From NCBI GenBank assembly GCA_951406725.2, contig OX597828.1, positions 28,334,001-28,398,000 of the forward strand: a stretch of 64,000 nt of DNA, given 5' to 3'. This document shows positions 1-12,831 of the stretch, in pieces. Numbering within the stretch: the stretch's first letter is position 1; each line of letters opens with the position of its first letter. The position numbers and the translations under genes were made by a program. Source of the DNA: Octopus vulgaris. Lineage: Eukaryota. The notes under the pieces are model-generated. The model saw only the letters and a program-made list of their open reading frames with translations, searched no databases and was not told where the DNA came from.

Positions 1-48
1 GAGGGAAAAGAAAATAATGATATTCGGGTGACCCCTTCAGTTCTTTTA

Positions 49-212
49 GGCTCGGGCATGGCTGTATGGGAAGAGGCTCGCTTCCCAACCACATGTTTCA
101 GGTTTAGCTCCACTGTGTGACACCTTGGGCAAGTGTCTTCCATTGTGGGTGGCCCCTGCTCAACCAAAGTTTTATGAGTGGATTAAGTAGGCAGAGACTG
201 AAAGAAGCCCAT

Positions 213-245
<33 letters not shown>

Positions 246-870
246 GTGTGTGTGTATATATATATATATGTGTGTATATACATGTGTATGTATGTATATA
301 TATATATATGCCAGCGCCGCCCCAACTGGCTTCCGTGCCGGTGGCACATAAAAAGCACCATCCGAACGTGACCGATGCCAGTGCCACCCTGACTGGCTTC
401 CGTGCCGGTGGCACGTCAAAAGCACCAACCGATAGTGGCCAATGCCAGACTCCCCTACACCTGTGTCGGTGGAATGTAAAAAGCACCCACTACACTCGCG
501 GAGTGGTTGGCGTTAGGAAGGGCATCCAGCTGTAGAAACACTGCCAGATCAGACTGGAGCCTGGTGCAGCCCCTGGCTTCCCAGACCCCGGTCGAACCGT
601 CCAACCCGTGCTAGCACGTTAAACGATGATGATGATATATATATATATACATATATCTGTGTGTGCCTTTGTGTTTGTATTTGTCCACCATTTCACAACT
701 GTTGTTAGTTTGTTTACATCTCTGTAACTTAGTAATTCAGCCATGTGAGACTGATAGAATAAGTACCAGGCTTAAAAATAAGAAATGGGTCAACATGTTT
801 AAGTAAACCCTTCAATGTGATGCCCCAGCATGGCCACGTCCAATGTCTGTGACAAGTAAATGAAAAGATA
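49..870 (+). mobile_element. tRNA-derived SINE family A, split at its internal microsatellite by an RTE 3' fragment
   Basis: 5' half at 49-212 (tRNA-like head and CORE-like CACCTTGGGCAAGTGTCTT) and 3' half at ~655-870 both match the full copy at 6022-6427. Confidence 0.8.
310..636 (+). mobile_element. RTE-type LINE 3' UTR fragment (family B) with (GAT)n tail
   Basis: GGAGTGGTTGGCGTTAGGAAGGGCATCCAGCTGTAGAAAC...GTTAAACGATGATGAT; the same sequence recurs more than 20 times in the window. Confidence 0.8.
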
Positions 871-2614
871 AAAAATACTGGAATGTTAATTTAATTTTAT
901 TTGAAGTTTAACTTTTTAACTAATTACAAATTTTATAGAAGCACATACATTTCATCATCATCATTGTTGTTGTTGTTGGGTTAACATCTGGTTCTTCCAT
1001 GCTTGCATGAGTTAGATAAGAATACTTTGGAGCAGTGTTTTCTACGGCTGGGTGCCCTTACTGTCACCAACCTCCATTTGTTTCCAAGTAACATAACAAT
1101 CTCCCACTCTATCAAACAACAAAGAACCCAGACATGTTTATGCAGTGAACGACACCATATGAATGAGACTTTTGTTTACAAAGATTGTGAAACACATCAA
1201 GATATATCAGGAGGCCCAAACATGCTTTCATGGTGGACTGCAGGCAAATGACATTCTTAACAAAGCTATTGTTTACATGGTGGTGGCTGCCCCCTCGTTA
1301 TCAAGTATGACCATTGCACGAAGCTTAATCAATGTTGTTATCGTGCAATGCCTGTGCAAGAAGATTTTTTTTGAAAGTGAGGAAAGGCTGTGCACTGAGT
1401 CAATCCCACTCACTAAGCAACAGCAGCCATAATCTGAAAAGAAGAACAAGTCAACATCATCGGTAACCACTGAGCCGCAGGTTTTATGTCGGAGTTATCC
1501 CAGTTACCTGAGTTACCTTCTCCTAGAAGGATGCCCTAACAAAGGCTAGGAGTCCTTCACTCCCAATGGTTTAACCGTGCGATCAGGTATTCAGTCCGAT
1601 TATTTCTATGTCCCTGTGCATGATACAGCCTTAAGACATTGTTTACAACTCACATTGTAAACACACATGAAAATGGGGGTGAAACAAACTCACTCACAAA
1701 CACACACAGTGAATGCTCATGGTCTAGTGGTTAGGATGTGTTATCCAAAATCACAAAATTGTAGTTTCAATTCCCAGACCAGCAGTTCTATGTGTTCTTG
1801 TGCAAAACAATTCATTTTACATTACTCCAGGCCACTCACATCTGTTGGTATACGACAGATTTCTTTCATAGCTTCCATCTGTCCAATCCAATCACAAATC
1901 TTTCTTTGTCTAAATTTATAATTACTTGCTTCCTACTCGCAAAATTTCTGACCTTGTGTCAAAATTAGAAAGAATTCATTTTAATTATTTCTTAACTCTT
2001 AGACAATGAAGTTGGTCAAAGCAATGTATTAATGGATTAACTGCAATAATATAAACTAGTTTGGTTGCATACTTAGTATTCTATGTTTAAACTGTACTCT
2101 TGTCAAATATCATCACCGAAGCATCGATAAAATGAAAACTAGTAAAATATTCAATTTAACATATGCTATCATATTGTTTGAAGCATCTATGAAAATAATC
2201 GCATTTATTTATTACACCAGTGGCATTAACAAACTCTCCAGACTTACATTTAATCTAATTGTTTTCATATAACCACATTTTTAGTTTCTTTATTTATGTT
2301 TGCAACCATTTGATTAAGTTTATGTTTAGAATATATAACATAAACGTTACGTTTAATAACGTTAGTAAGTATTCTTTAGTTTGTTCCAAATGTTTTAATG
2401 TATTTGTGACTAGAGCAGTAAATTCAACTTATTTTACTACACTCAGGAGGTGGTCTGTCTTCTGTCTTCGATATTTATTCATATATTTACTGATTTATAT
2501 ATTTAGTTTTATGTATGTCTTTAGGTTTATTGTCAAATGTTTAGTTAAATAATATACATAAAATTTTCGGGAATGTGTTGTAGATGATGTTATTAAATGA
2601 ATGTTTATTTAATT

Positions 2615-2956
2615 GTTGGCTGTGCAGATAAATGGTTTACTTCCCAACAACATGTCTCCAGGTTCAGTTCCACAGCATGGCACATTTGGGAAAGATTCTT
2701 CTACTCCCAGTGTGACCAAAGCCTTGCAAGCAAATTTGGTAGACAGAAACTGAAAGAAGCCTCTTAAGTGGTTGGCATTAAGAAGGGCATCCAGCTGTAG
2801 AGACTGTGCCGAAGCAGACATAGAACTTGCACAGCCATCTGGCTTTTCTGTTCTTGTCAAATTGTCCAACCCATGCCAACATAGAAAAGAAAATGTTAAA
2901 TGATGATGATGATATATATATATATATAAGTATATATGTATGTATATATATATATA

Positions 2957-2993
<37 letters not shown>

Positions 2994-3266
2994 GCCATTT
3001 CATGATGCTGAACCATTAATCCCTACACATTTTTCTCTCTCCGTTTTTTTTTTGTTTTTTTTTCGTTCTCTCTCCGTTCCTTCCTCTTTCAACCCTTTCT
3101 GTCGAAGAGCAGAGGCTTGAAACATCAAAGACTTTTCTTTTCTTCCTGAGCATTAAACCAATACACCTGTTTATTGTTCCTTCACCTGTCTTCATCTTTC
3201 TTTAAATTTGAGCTAAATATTGACTCCAACTCATGGAAGGTGGATGTTAAACGATGATGTTGATGA

Positions 3267-3314
<48 letters not shown>

Positions 3315-3550
3315 GTTGAGAGGAAGATGTATTTGTATTTGATCCCTTGCTATTGCTTGACAACTGGTGTTTGTTTGTTTATGTTCCATTAGCTTAGTAG
3401 TTCACTAAAAGCGACCCATAGAAGAAGTACCAGGCTTTAAAAAAAAATAAGCAGTGAGGTCAATTTGTCCAACTAAAACCCTTTAAGGCTGTGCCCCAGC
3501 ATGGCCACAGTCCAATGATGGAAACAAATAAAAGATGATAAAAAGATAAA
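2615..3550 (+). mobile_element. SINE family A copy with nested RTE 3' fragment (2766-2911) and PLE-like fragment (~3050-3200)
   Basis: 5' half at 2615-2762 and 3' half at ~3330-3550 flank the nested inserts. Confidence 0.65.
3095..3130 (+). ncRNA. Minimal type I hammerhead-like motif, CUGUnGA core variant, decayed
   Basis: CTTT-CTGTCGA-A-GAGC(AGAG)GCTT-GAAA-CA-TC-AAAG; paralogous to 53459-53494. Confidence 0.45.
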
Positions 3551-3959
3551 CATCCCAGTTGGTTGATTCTTTGTTTATCTGCAAATTTATAGCTTCAGCC
3601 TGGGTTTGATCTTAGTACCTTTATCTTTATTTCTAATGCAGGCACAGGCATGGCTAAGTGGTAAAGAAGTTCTCTTTAGAACCATGTGGTTAGCGGTTTG
3701 ATCCCATTGTGGAGACATTGTTGGACACAGTTCTATATTTTAGTTGTGAGCCAACCAACAACTTCTGAGTGGAATTAGTCGACAGAAACTAAAGAAGCCT
3801 ATCCCGTGTGTGTGTGTGCATGTGGGCGCATGTGCACTACTTTGCTTGTTGCAAGATTAGTGACTGATGGTCGCTTAGTTTTCTATATATTACAAGCTGG
3901 AGTGAATCCCTGCTATTTCTAGCGGCCTCCATTTCCAGTTTTAAATCCCTTTTAGTCAT

Positions 3960-4160
3960 CCACAGCCATCTGTCAGTGTTGACTGGAAAATCCCAGAGGA
4001 TAGTGACGTTTTTACCTTCAACGACTGGCTCAGGATGATGTTCATACCTCTAAGCAAAGTGCTCATTTTGTAGTGTTTACATATTTTCCTCCCCTATCGT
4101 GGTAATTTTTTGTATTCGTTTGGTGTCAGCACAGGACATCCCGAGACAAGATGATCTATT
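3960..4160 (-). mobile_element. R4/Dong-type non-LTR retrotransposon fragment (zinc knuckle to start of RLE domain), frameshifted
   Basis: Minus strand reads IDHLVSGCPVLTPNEYK...KICKHYK...YEHHPEPVVEGKNVTILWDFPVNTDR. Confidence 0.8.
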
Positions 4161-4187
4161 GTTATTATTATTGTTATTATTATTATA

Positions 4188-4415
4188 AAATGGTTATTTG
4201 GCAGAATTGTTTGCATGCTGGGCAAAACGCTGAGCAGCATTTCATCCGTCTTTACATTCTCAGTTCAAATTCCGCCAAGGTCACCTTTACCTTTCATCCT
4301 TTCAGGGTTGATGACATAAGTACCAGTTGCTCTCTTGGGTCCATGTAATCAACTGGCCCCCCTTGCCCCAAATTTTCAGACCTTGTGCCTAAAGTAGAAA
4401 AGATTATTATTATTA
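4188..4415 (+). mobile_element. SINE family C with (TAT)n tail
   Basis: AGTTCAAATTCCGCCAAGGTC...CCTTTCATCCTTTCAGGGTTGAT...AAGTACCAGTTG...CCTTGTGCCT; paralogs at 15905, 60245, 60675 and 63268-63950. Confidence 0.75.
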
Positions 4416-4470
4416 CATTTATATATTTGTTGTGCAAAATTTTTTATGTGAAGTCGTGTGTTGAAACAGA

Positions 4471-4660
4471 TATATTTCGGAATGGTCATTTTGCCAGTTT
4501 AGCCAATAAAAACACACGCACTATATATTTGGTGGTATTTTGGCCAAAATAAGATTAAGATTAATGTAAAAAATAAATAACACTGAAACAAAATAACACC
4601 AAATATATAGTGTGTGTGTTTTTATTGGCTAAACTGGCAAAATGACCATTCCGAAATATA
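4471..4660. repeat. Fold-back inverted repeat, ~70 bp arms, ~48 bp spacer
   Basis: 4471-4541 is the reverse complement of 4590-4660 with only a few mismatches. Confidence 0.9.
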
Positions 4661-5220
4661 ACAATATTATTATTATTATTATTATAACATTTTGGATAAA
4701 TGATGCATCTTAGAGGATACATGGATCCGATCACATTCAGGTTTATGAATTGTAAGTAAACAGTGTCTCCTTCTCTCATGTGTGTGTGTGTGTGTGTGTG
4801 CGTATACACCAGGACCCTGTGGATTTTTTATGATATGAACTAATTAACTAGTAAGTAAAGTAGTTTGTTTTGTTTTTTCCATATAATTCACATAATTTCC
4901 ATAATGAGTTCTTAAGTTAGAATTTTACAATTAACTGTTTGTATATTTAAATATTTAAATACATATTCCATCTAAAGTTAATCCATATATATGTGTGGAT
5001 ATTGTGTGTGTGTCTGTGTGTGTAAATATATGTGTGTATATATATATATATACTGGCCTGGTGCAGCCTTCGGGCTCCCCAGACCCCAGTTGAACCGTCC
5101 AACCCATGCTAGCATGGAAAACGGACGCTAAATGAATGATGATGATGATGATGATATATATATATATATATGCATGTATATTCTGTATATGTGTGTGTGT
5201 TTGTGTGTGTGTATATATAT

Positions 5221-5478
5221 CATCATCATCATCGTTTAACGTCCACTTTCCATGATAGCATGGGTTGGACGGTTTGACTGAGGGCTGGCGAACCAGATGG
5301 CTGCACCAGGCTCCAGTCTTGATCTGGCAGAGTTTCTACAGCTGGATGCCCTTCCTAATGCCAACCACTCCAAGAGTGTAGTGAGTGCTTTTATGTGCCA
5401 CCGGCACAAGGGCCAGTCAGGTGATACTGGCAATGACCTCGCTTAACTCTTTTTACACATGCCACCGGCACAGGTGCC

Positions 5479-5480
<2 letters not shown>
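5221..5480 (-). mobile_element. RTE 3' UTR fragment (family B)
   Basis: CATCATCATCGTTTAACGTCC...GGATGCCCTTCCTAATGCCAACCACTCC on the plus strand. Confidence 0.8.
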
Positions 5481-5515
<35 letters not shown>

Positions 5516-5573
5516 ATAGTGGTATAACAATGCACCAATATTTACTGGAAATGACACTATAGTAAAATTTCAC

Positions 5574-5605
<32 letters not shown>

Positions 5606-6021
5606 CCGGCAAAAATGTTTACGGACGGCGAACATAAAAAATTTCATCTTACTTGTAGGAAGAACATTAAATAAACATACAACCCACATGTGGACAATCT
5701 AGGACCTAGGTTTTGAACTTTCCAATTTACGTTTCTTAACATAAATTTGATCAGTTCTCATCAGCTACATTCACCTAGACAAAATCTCAAATGTCGCTAC
5801 ATCAATGCCAGTAAATACTCGTCTGAACCCCTGGCTGTTAACAGACTGAGAACAGTGAAAGAGTTTTCAAAGAAAAAATTATTAAATAATGCAATACAGT
5901 GGTATTGCTTCCCAGTAAAACAAAACACCATCAGGTTAAAGTATAAATATAGAATAGTGGCACGCGTGCGCACACACACATATATATATATGCATGTGTA
6001 TGTATATATATTATATAGATA

Positions 6022-6427
6022 GGCGCAGGAGTGGCTGTGTGGTAAGTAGCTTGCTTACAAACCACATGGTTTCTGGTTCAGTCCTACTGTGTGGCACTTT
6101 GGGTAAGTGTCTTCTACCATAGCCTTGGGCCGACCAAAGCCTTGAGAGTGGATTTGGAAGACGGAAACTGAAAGAAGCCCGTCGTATATATGTATATATA
6201 TATATATATATATATGTTTGTGTGTCTGTGTTTGTCCCCCAACATCGCTTGACAACTGATGCTGGTGTGTTTATTACATCCCCGTAACTTAGCGGTTCGG
6301 CATAAGAGACCGATAGAATAACTACTAGGCTTACAAAGAATAAGTCCCGGGGTCAATTTTCTCGACTACAGGCGGTGCTCCAGCATGGCCGCTGTCAAAT
6401 GACTGAGACAAGTAAAAGAGTAAAAGA
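6022..6427 (+). mobile_element. Full-length tRNA-derived SINE family A
   Basis: Head GGCGCAGGAGTGGCTGTGTGGTAAG (A-box-like) and GGTTCAGTCC (B-box-like), CORE-like box, internal (TA)n, tail AGTAAAAGAGTAAAAG. Confidence 0.9.
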
Positions 6428-6641
6428 TAGATAGATAGATAGATAAATAGACAGACAGACAGACACTAAAAAAGCAGCTAACAGTGAGTTTGTTGTGGAG
6501 CACTTTTTTGTTCATTTTACTACACAATATAAGTTTTACCAATGCAGACCTACAGCAGTCTCTTTGCTTTCTGTTCTGTCTTGTGCGTGTGTATATGGAG
6601 GTATGTGTGTGTGTATATATTCACATATGTGTAAGTACAAT

Positions 6642-6675
<34 letters not shown>

Positions 6676-6857
6676 TATCTTCCACACTCTAAATCACATT
6701 TACACACAGATATACACATTTCTTTCTTCTCGTTTTTTTTTTTTTTTCTTTTATATGAACACTCAAGAATCAGGCTAAATAGTTTTGTGTCAATTTTCCA
6801 AACTTGCACGGCCTTTGTTCATGCTCATATACCCACCTCTGATTGTGTTTGTGTGCG

Positions 6858-6902
<45 letters not shown>

Positions 6903-7058
6903 TTGCATATGCACATTTGAGCATACATATAATTATGTATATGTGAGAATGTTTAAATATTGATTATTTGATTATCAGAAAATATGTATTCGTGTGCATT
7001 TTCTCAAATGAATAAACACGTTTGTGCATGTGTGTGTATATATACATACACACATATA

Positions 7059-7107
<49 letters not shown>

Positions 7108-7519
7108 GCATGTATGTATATACATGTAGGAATGAATAGATAGATTCATTTATCTATATATCCTTTTATACATTCATTTATTTGTTATCTCCGTTTCTTC
7201 CACAGCATTCCATTTCTGTAAAAAAATGAATTTGTTTTCATAAAATTTTCATTCATAAGCTTTATGCCTGTCTGCCTCAGTAGAAGGCAAGCATAGCTGG
7301 GCCAAACCGGCAAAAACATTCATTCTGTGCTTTAGAACTCTTTAATTTTCTGTTGTCTCTCACACTAAATCAGCTGTATTATCAGGTTGCACAATAACAA
7401 CAACAACAATAACCAAGAACCAAAAAAAAAACAACAAACCTTTCCCCAAACAGCATTTTTTTTTCTCTCTCCATAATTTACGCCTTTTTCAAATGCTATA
7501 TTTCTTCTCTTCTGTGTCC

Positions 7520-7960
7520 ATTTAATACACACGCACACACAACACACACACACACACAAATATTAATGTACATGTATGTATATATATGTAGGTATATACA
7601 CGTATGTAAATGTATACATGTGTGTACATATATATGTATAAATAGCTACGTATGTGAATGTGTTTGTGTGTGTATTTATGTATGCATGCATGAATATATA
7701 TGTATCTATATATATTGTGTGTGTGTATATATATATATATATGTGTGTGTGTGCATATGTATCCACATATGTGTATATGCATCTGTATATTATATATCTA
7801 TATACATATCCACATACATATATGTGTATGTGTACATAAATATAGCTAGTAGGTATCTATATATATATTATATATACATAACACTCTACACACACGTGTG
7901 TGTGTACGCTAGTATGTGTATGTGTGTGTACATATGTATTTATCTCTCTCTCTTTCTCTC

Positions 7961-8000
<40 letters not shown>

Positions 8001-8344
8001 TATACATACATATATATATATATACATATATATGTATGTCTATGTGTGTGTGTGTGTGGCATTTCATTTTCTGCATTTTCCTGGAAAAGCATGTCCCCTC
8101 AGTTTTTGTTTCTTTATATTTTATTTTTATTTTTTTTTGTTTGTCTTTATTTTTGTTTATATACTTTTTTTATTTACCCATTCTTTGGTTGAATTTTTGT
8201 ACGCATTTCTAGTTCTGTCTGTTCAGTCTTGTGTTCTAAAAAGGTGTTCCATATATTTGTATTTTTAGTTTGATATTCTATAGAACTTTTCAGAATCTTA
8301 CGCACACACACACACACACACACACTCTCTCTCTCTCTCTTGCC

Positions 8345-8393
<49 letters not shown>

Positions 8394-8491
8394 GTCTTGT
8401 CTTTCTATTCCTTTTATTCCTCATTTCACATACAAATTGCAAAAGATATTACATGTGTGTGTGTGTGTGCATATATATACACATATCCATA

Positions 8492-8539
<48 letters not shown>

Positions 8540-8572
8540 TATGGATATGTGTATATATACAGCTGAGTATGG

Positions 8573-8618
<46 letters not shown>

Positions 8619-8915
8619 GGATATGTGTATATATACAGCTGAGTATGGATATGTGTATATATATGGCTGAGTGTGTATATAAGAATGTGTTTATGTGTGT
8701 GTGTATATATATATATATTTGTGTATATATATATGTATACATATGCCTATATATATTGATATATATGTATTTATATATATATGTATATATATATGGATAT
8801 ATATATATATATATATATATATCTATATACATATATGTATATACTTACATACATAAGTTTATGTGTGTATGCATATAGATGTTTGTATATATATATATAT
8901 ACATATGTATATGGA
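7520..8915. repeat. Compound (TA)n/(TG)n/(CA)n microsatellite field
   Basis: Seen directly; includes a duplicated unit containing ACAGCTGAGTATGGATATGT (~8559 and ~8635). Confidence 0.95.
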
Positions 8916-8927
8916 AAAGGTCAAGTT

Positions 8928-9170
8928 ACCTTTTCGAGTCACACCGACTCACAAGGGCCAGTTTCCTGATTTCAGTGGCATATATATTCCCCACCTGGGC
9001 TGGACACTGGTCTGTCACAGGATTACTCACTTTTGCCAGCTGAGTGGACTGGAGCAACACAAAATGAAATGTTTTGATCAAAAACACAACCCGTTGCCTG
9101 GTCCAGGAATTGAAACTACAATTTTACAATCATGAGTCCAACACCCTAACCACTAACCCATATGCCTCCA
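8928..9170 (-). mobile_element. tRNA-derived SINE, family D-related, diverged
   Basis: Minus strand begins GGAGGCATATGGGTTAGTGGTTAGGGTGTTGGACTCATGAT...GTTTCAATTCC and continues into a V-domain-like CCTGTGACAGACCAGTGTCCAGCCCAG. Confidence 0.7.
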
Positions 9171-9213
9171 TTGTGTATATGTATATATATGCATATATAT
9201 CAAAGCATGTGTG

Positions 9214-9278
<65 letters not shown>

Positions 9279-9431
9279 ATATATGTACATATATATTTTA
9301 TACATATCTATATATGCATACATACATATAAATATATATATATATATATACTTATATATGTAAGTATATACATATATTTATACATATATATATATGGATA
9401 TATGTATGTATACATCATCATCATGCACACA

Positions 9432-9471
<40 letters not shown>

Positions 9472-9980
9472 AATTATATACTTACAGGTTCAGCATTGAT
9501 TTTCTGCAACCTTCGCTACCAAATCTTTTCCAATTTACTGATTTTTTTCCCAACTGGTGGTGGTCATATTAATGAACACACTCCAAATTAAGCAAAAAAA
9601 TAGATTTACTTAAATAATTAAATGAAATAGATGTGCCTCTACATTAGTATAAATGGTACAAGTGTCTTAGTACTGTACTGCAGAAGGAACTAGTCTGTGC
9701 ACAGTACCAGTAATGCAGTCTTGTGTCTGCAAGAATTTGAAGTTCCTGCTTCTAAATAAGTGCATATTATAAAAGGTTTTGGAACTTCAGTGTTTGGAAT
9801 CTCAGTTGCATATATACACATGTATATATATTAAACTACATGCTACATCTACATGGTTTTAAAGAATACATGTCTGTCACACTTTTCAATAGCACATGTG
9901 TATTAATGTTGAGAAATATCTGAAACTGGACCCACTCTCAGAGAACAGTTTCTGTGCAGAGGCATCATCTTCTGCTGCAG

Positions 9981-10149
9981 TCATTTGCAATTATTTTTCA
10001 TTGCATTTTGTGCACAGTGCCGTAACGTGCGTTCCAGTTTCTGTTCCGTTTCCTTAGCTTTTATATTCTCAACCTTTTCCATCGTATTTCGTGCATCCTT
10101 TGTCAGAGTATTTTCTTCCTCTGAGAAATAGCTATTCATTGTTTGAACC
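9981..10149 (-). CDS. Candidate terminal coding exon, product unknown
   Basis: CAG acceptor at 10152-10150; only one frame is open: VQTMNSYFSEEENTLTKDARNTMEKVENIKAKETEQKLERTLRHCAQNAMKNNCK*; lies in repeat-free sequence. Confidence 0.3.
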
Positions 10150-10695
10150 CTGTTACAAAAGCTTTGTTCTGTTAATTGGCATTCATTATAAAAATATTAC
10201 CCTAAATGTACATGTTATGTAAGAAGTAAAAACAACAACAAAAAATTAAAAAACGAAATCACATATTAAAAATTTTTTATTTCGTTTTGATAAAAAAAAT
10301 TTAAGTTACAAATAAGGAAAAATAAGAGGTTTTCTCAAAAGGCACTAAATCTATTACTATATGTCTAAGACATCATTAATCTGTGACTCTTTAATGCAAT
10401 AATGGTATTTTGTTGCTATTTCTGACAGCTTCAGTGGCCATAGAGATAAACTCAATGTTCCAGTCAGTAATTTCTGTCAAAGTTTCCAGTGAATTAGTCT
10501 TTTTTTTTAATGAAACAATATTTGGTTATGTTTCTTTGAAACATTTTCTCTGTCGCTCAGAACTTGGGACTTATTCCATACACATATTTCATTGAAATGT
10601 ATATATTTTGACATTCACTAAAAGAACCGTTTCACATTTTGTAATTTGATACTTTCACTTTCATTTTCCTATTGTTATGCGTGGGGAAAACATAC

Positions 10696-10791
10696 AAGCA
10701 CAGATCAGATACATTTTGCCGTGAAATCTGTGAGAAACGCCAGCCAAATAACACTCTAGGGCTCACAGATATATATAATCCTACATTTATC
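10696..10791 (-). CDS. Candidate 96-nt internal exon, phase-compatible with 9981-10149
   Basis: CTGAC branch-like motif, TTTTTAG acceptor and GTATGT donor; reads INVGLYISVSPRVLFGWRFSQISRQNVSDLC(L). Confidence 0.3.
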
Positions 10792-11339
10792 CTAAAAACG
10801 CATTTTGTTGTCAGCTAAAATTTATGTATTTTTATATTTATTAAAAGCATTTTTTTCTCAATTTATGAAATTTTTAAATGTCATTCTGAGTTTACATTTC
10901 TTAATACAAAATATAAGCCCAAATAGAAATGTATTATTATTATAAGCTTGAAATGAATAGAAAATGTATTTCAGTCGAATGAATTCCTTAATAAAACATT
11001 TAAGAAATTCTTTTCTCAGATAGTGGACAGTAGTTTCAATAATTCTTCTTAATGAAAACATGTAAAAGAAATTCAACAGAAAACCTGCAGCTAAAATCTT
11101 CAGGAATGCAAAAGATCAGAATAAACAAATTCAGTCCAACAACATTCATAACCTTGTAGGAGATGAGTCTGTAATATACACAGGCATAAACATCTAAACG
11201 TATACATATGCATCATCATTTAGCATCCACCTTCCATGCTGGCATGGGTGGGATGGTTTGACAAGAGACGGCCAGGCAGAAGGCAGATTTTAAACGATGA
11301 TGATGATGATCTGTATGTATATGTTTAGATGCTTATATA

Positions 11340-11454
<115 letters not shown>

Positions 11455-11703
11455 GTATAAAATGGCATTATATGCCTTATAGCTTTATATAGTATATATA
11501 CATACATATTACATAGTTTATATAAGGGTTATAATCTAAAGCTGTCTCCCCACTCTTGTATACATTATGCAATTGTATTATATGCTATGCTTATACATAT
11601 GTAAATACATTATATGTAATATATTACTCATATGATATATATATAAATACTGATAATAAAACAAGAGAATAAATATATGTATGTGAGTATATATGTATGT
11701 ATA

Positions 11704-11749
<46 letters not shown>

Positions 11750-11751
<2 letters not shown>

Positions 11752-11848
11752 GGGTGGCCCAAAAGTAGGTTTGCAGTTATTCAACTATCTCTTTCACATT
11801 CATGTGTGAACAGTTTAGATCTTAATTATGATAAAAATATGAAACCAT
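11750..11848 (+). mobile_element. Left end of a Tc1/mariner-type MITE, same family as 56548-56778, truncated
   Basis: CAGGGTGGCCCAAAAGTAGGTTTGCAGTTATTCAACTATCTCTTT matches the sequence from 56548 onward. Confidence 0.7.
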
Positions 11849-11854
11849 TCGCAA

Positions 11855-12138
11855 CACCCTTCAGTCATGAATGACCATGGGATTGCATCTACAAAGTTAC
11901 CCTCTGAGGTACAAGTCCAGGCAAGGTTGTTTATGGAAGACCAGCAGTTGCCCATGCATGCCAGCCTCCCCTCTCCATGTCACTGATGTTATCCAAGGGA
12001 AAGGCAAAGGGGCCGATACAGCTTGGCACCAGTGACATCGCAACTGATTTCTACAGCTGAGTGAACTGGAGCAACGTGAAATAAAGTGTCTTGCTCAAGA
12101 ACACAACATGCAGCCCAGTCTGGGAATCGAAATCACAT
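11855..12138 (-). mobile_element. tRNA-headed SINE family E with RTE-like tail
   Basis: Minus strand has B-box-like GATTTCGATTCCCAGAC, then GTGTTCTTGAGCAAGACACTTTATTTCACGTTGCTCCAG, and tail CCCATGGTCATTCATGACTGAAGGG. Confidence 0.65.
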
Positions 12139-12360
12139 TGCATTGCACAATACCCAAAATTCTGCATTGGACACATGGCATTGGACACAACACCCAAAAT
12201 TCTGCATAAAAGACTGAAAGCAATTGGAACTGAAACTCACAAAGCCAACCCAGTACCATTTTATATTCTGCAAGAATCCAAAGGAAGATTCTTGAGATTT
12301 GAGGAGACTTGTTGCCACCAAACATCAAAATGAAATATCTATTAACTAAATTAGCATGCA

Positions 12361-12831
12361 CTGGCATCGCAAAAAAGCACCCACTACACTCACGGAGTGG
12401 TTGGCATTAGGAAGGGCATCCAGCTGTAGAAACACTGCCAGATCAGACTGGGCCTGGTGCAGCCTTCTGGCTTCCCAGACCCCAGTTGAACCGTCCAACC
12501 CATGCTAGCATGGAAAGCGGACGTTAAACGATGATGATAGTCATGGCCGATGCCAGTGTCATGTAAAAATTTGAGTGATATGTGCTTGAGAAGACCTGTC
12601 AACCCAACAACCCAAGTGGTGTCACATAAGTGGCACCTGTGTCAGTGGCACATAAGAAGCACCCATGCACTCTTGGAGTGGTTGGTGTTAGGAAGGGCAT
12701 CCAGCCATAGAAACCTTGCCAAATCAGATTGGTACCTGATGCAGCTCTCTGGCTTACCAGTTTTCAGTCAAACCATCCAACCCATGCCAGTATGGAAAGC
12801 AGACATTAAATGATGATGATGATGATGATGA
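12361..12831 (+). mobile_element. Two tandem RTE 3' fragments (family B)
   Basis: Two family B bodies, each ending in (GAT)n; the second starts with GTGCTTGAGAAGACC, similar to the ORF end at 27480-27520. Confidence 0.75.

Noticed and set aside
1440-1600. RTE 5' UTR or HDV-like ribozyme on the minus strand
   Set aside because: Only a short resemblance (TTACCTTCTCCTAG...AAGGCTAGG); no nested pseudoknot could be built by eye.
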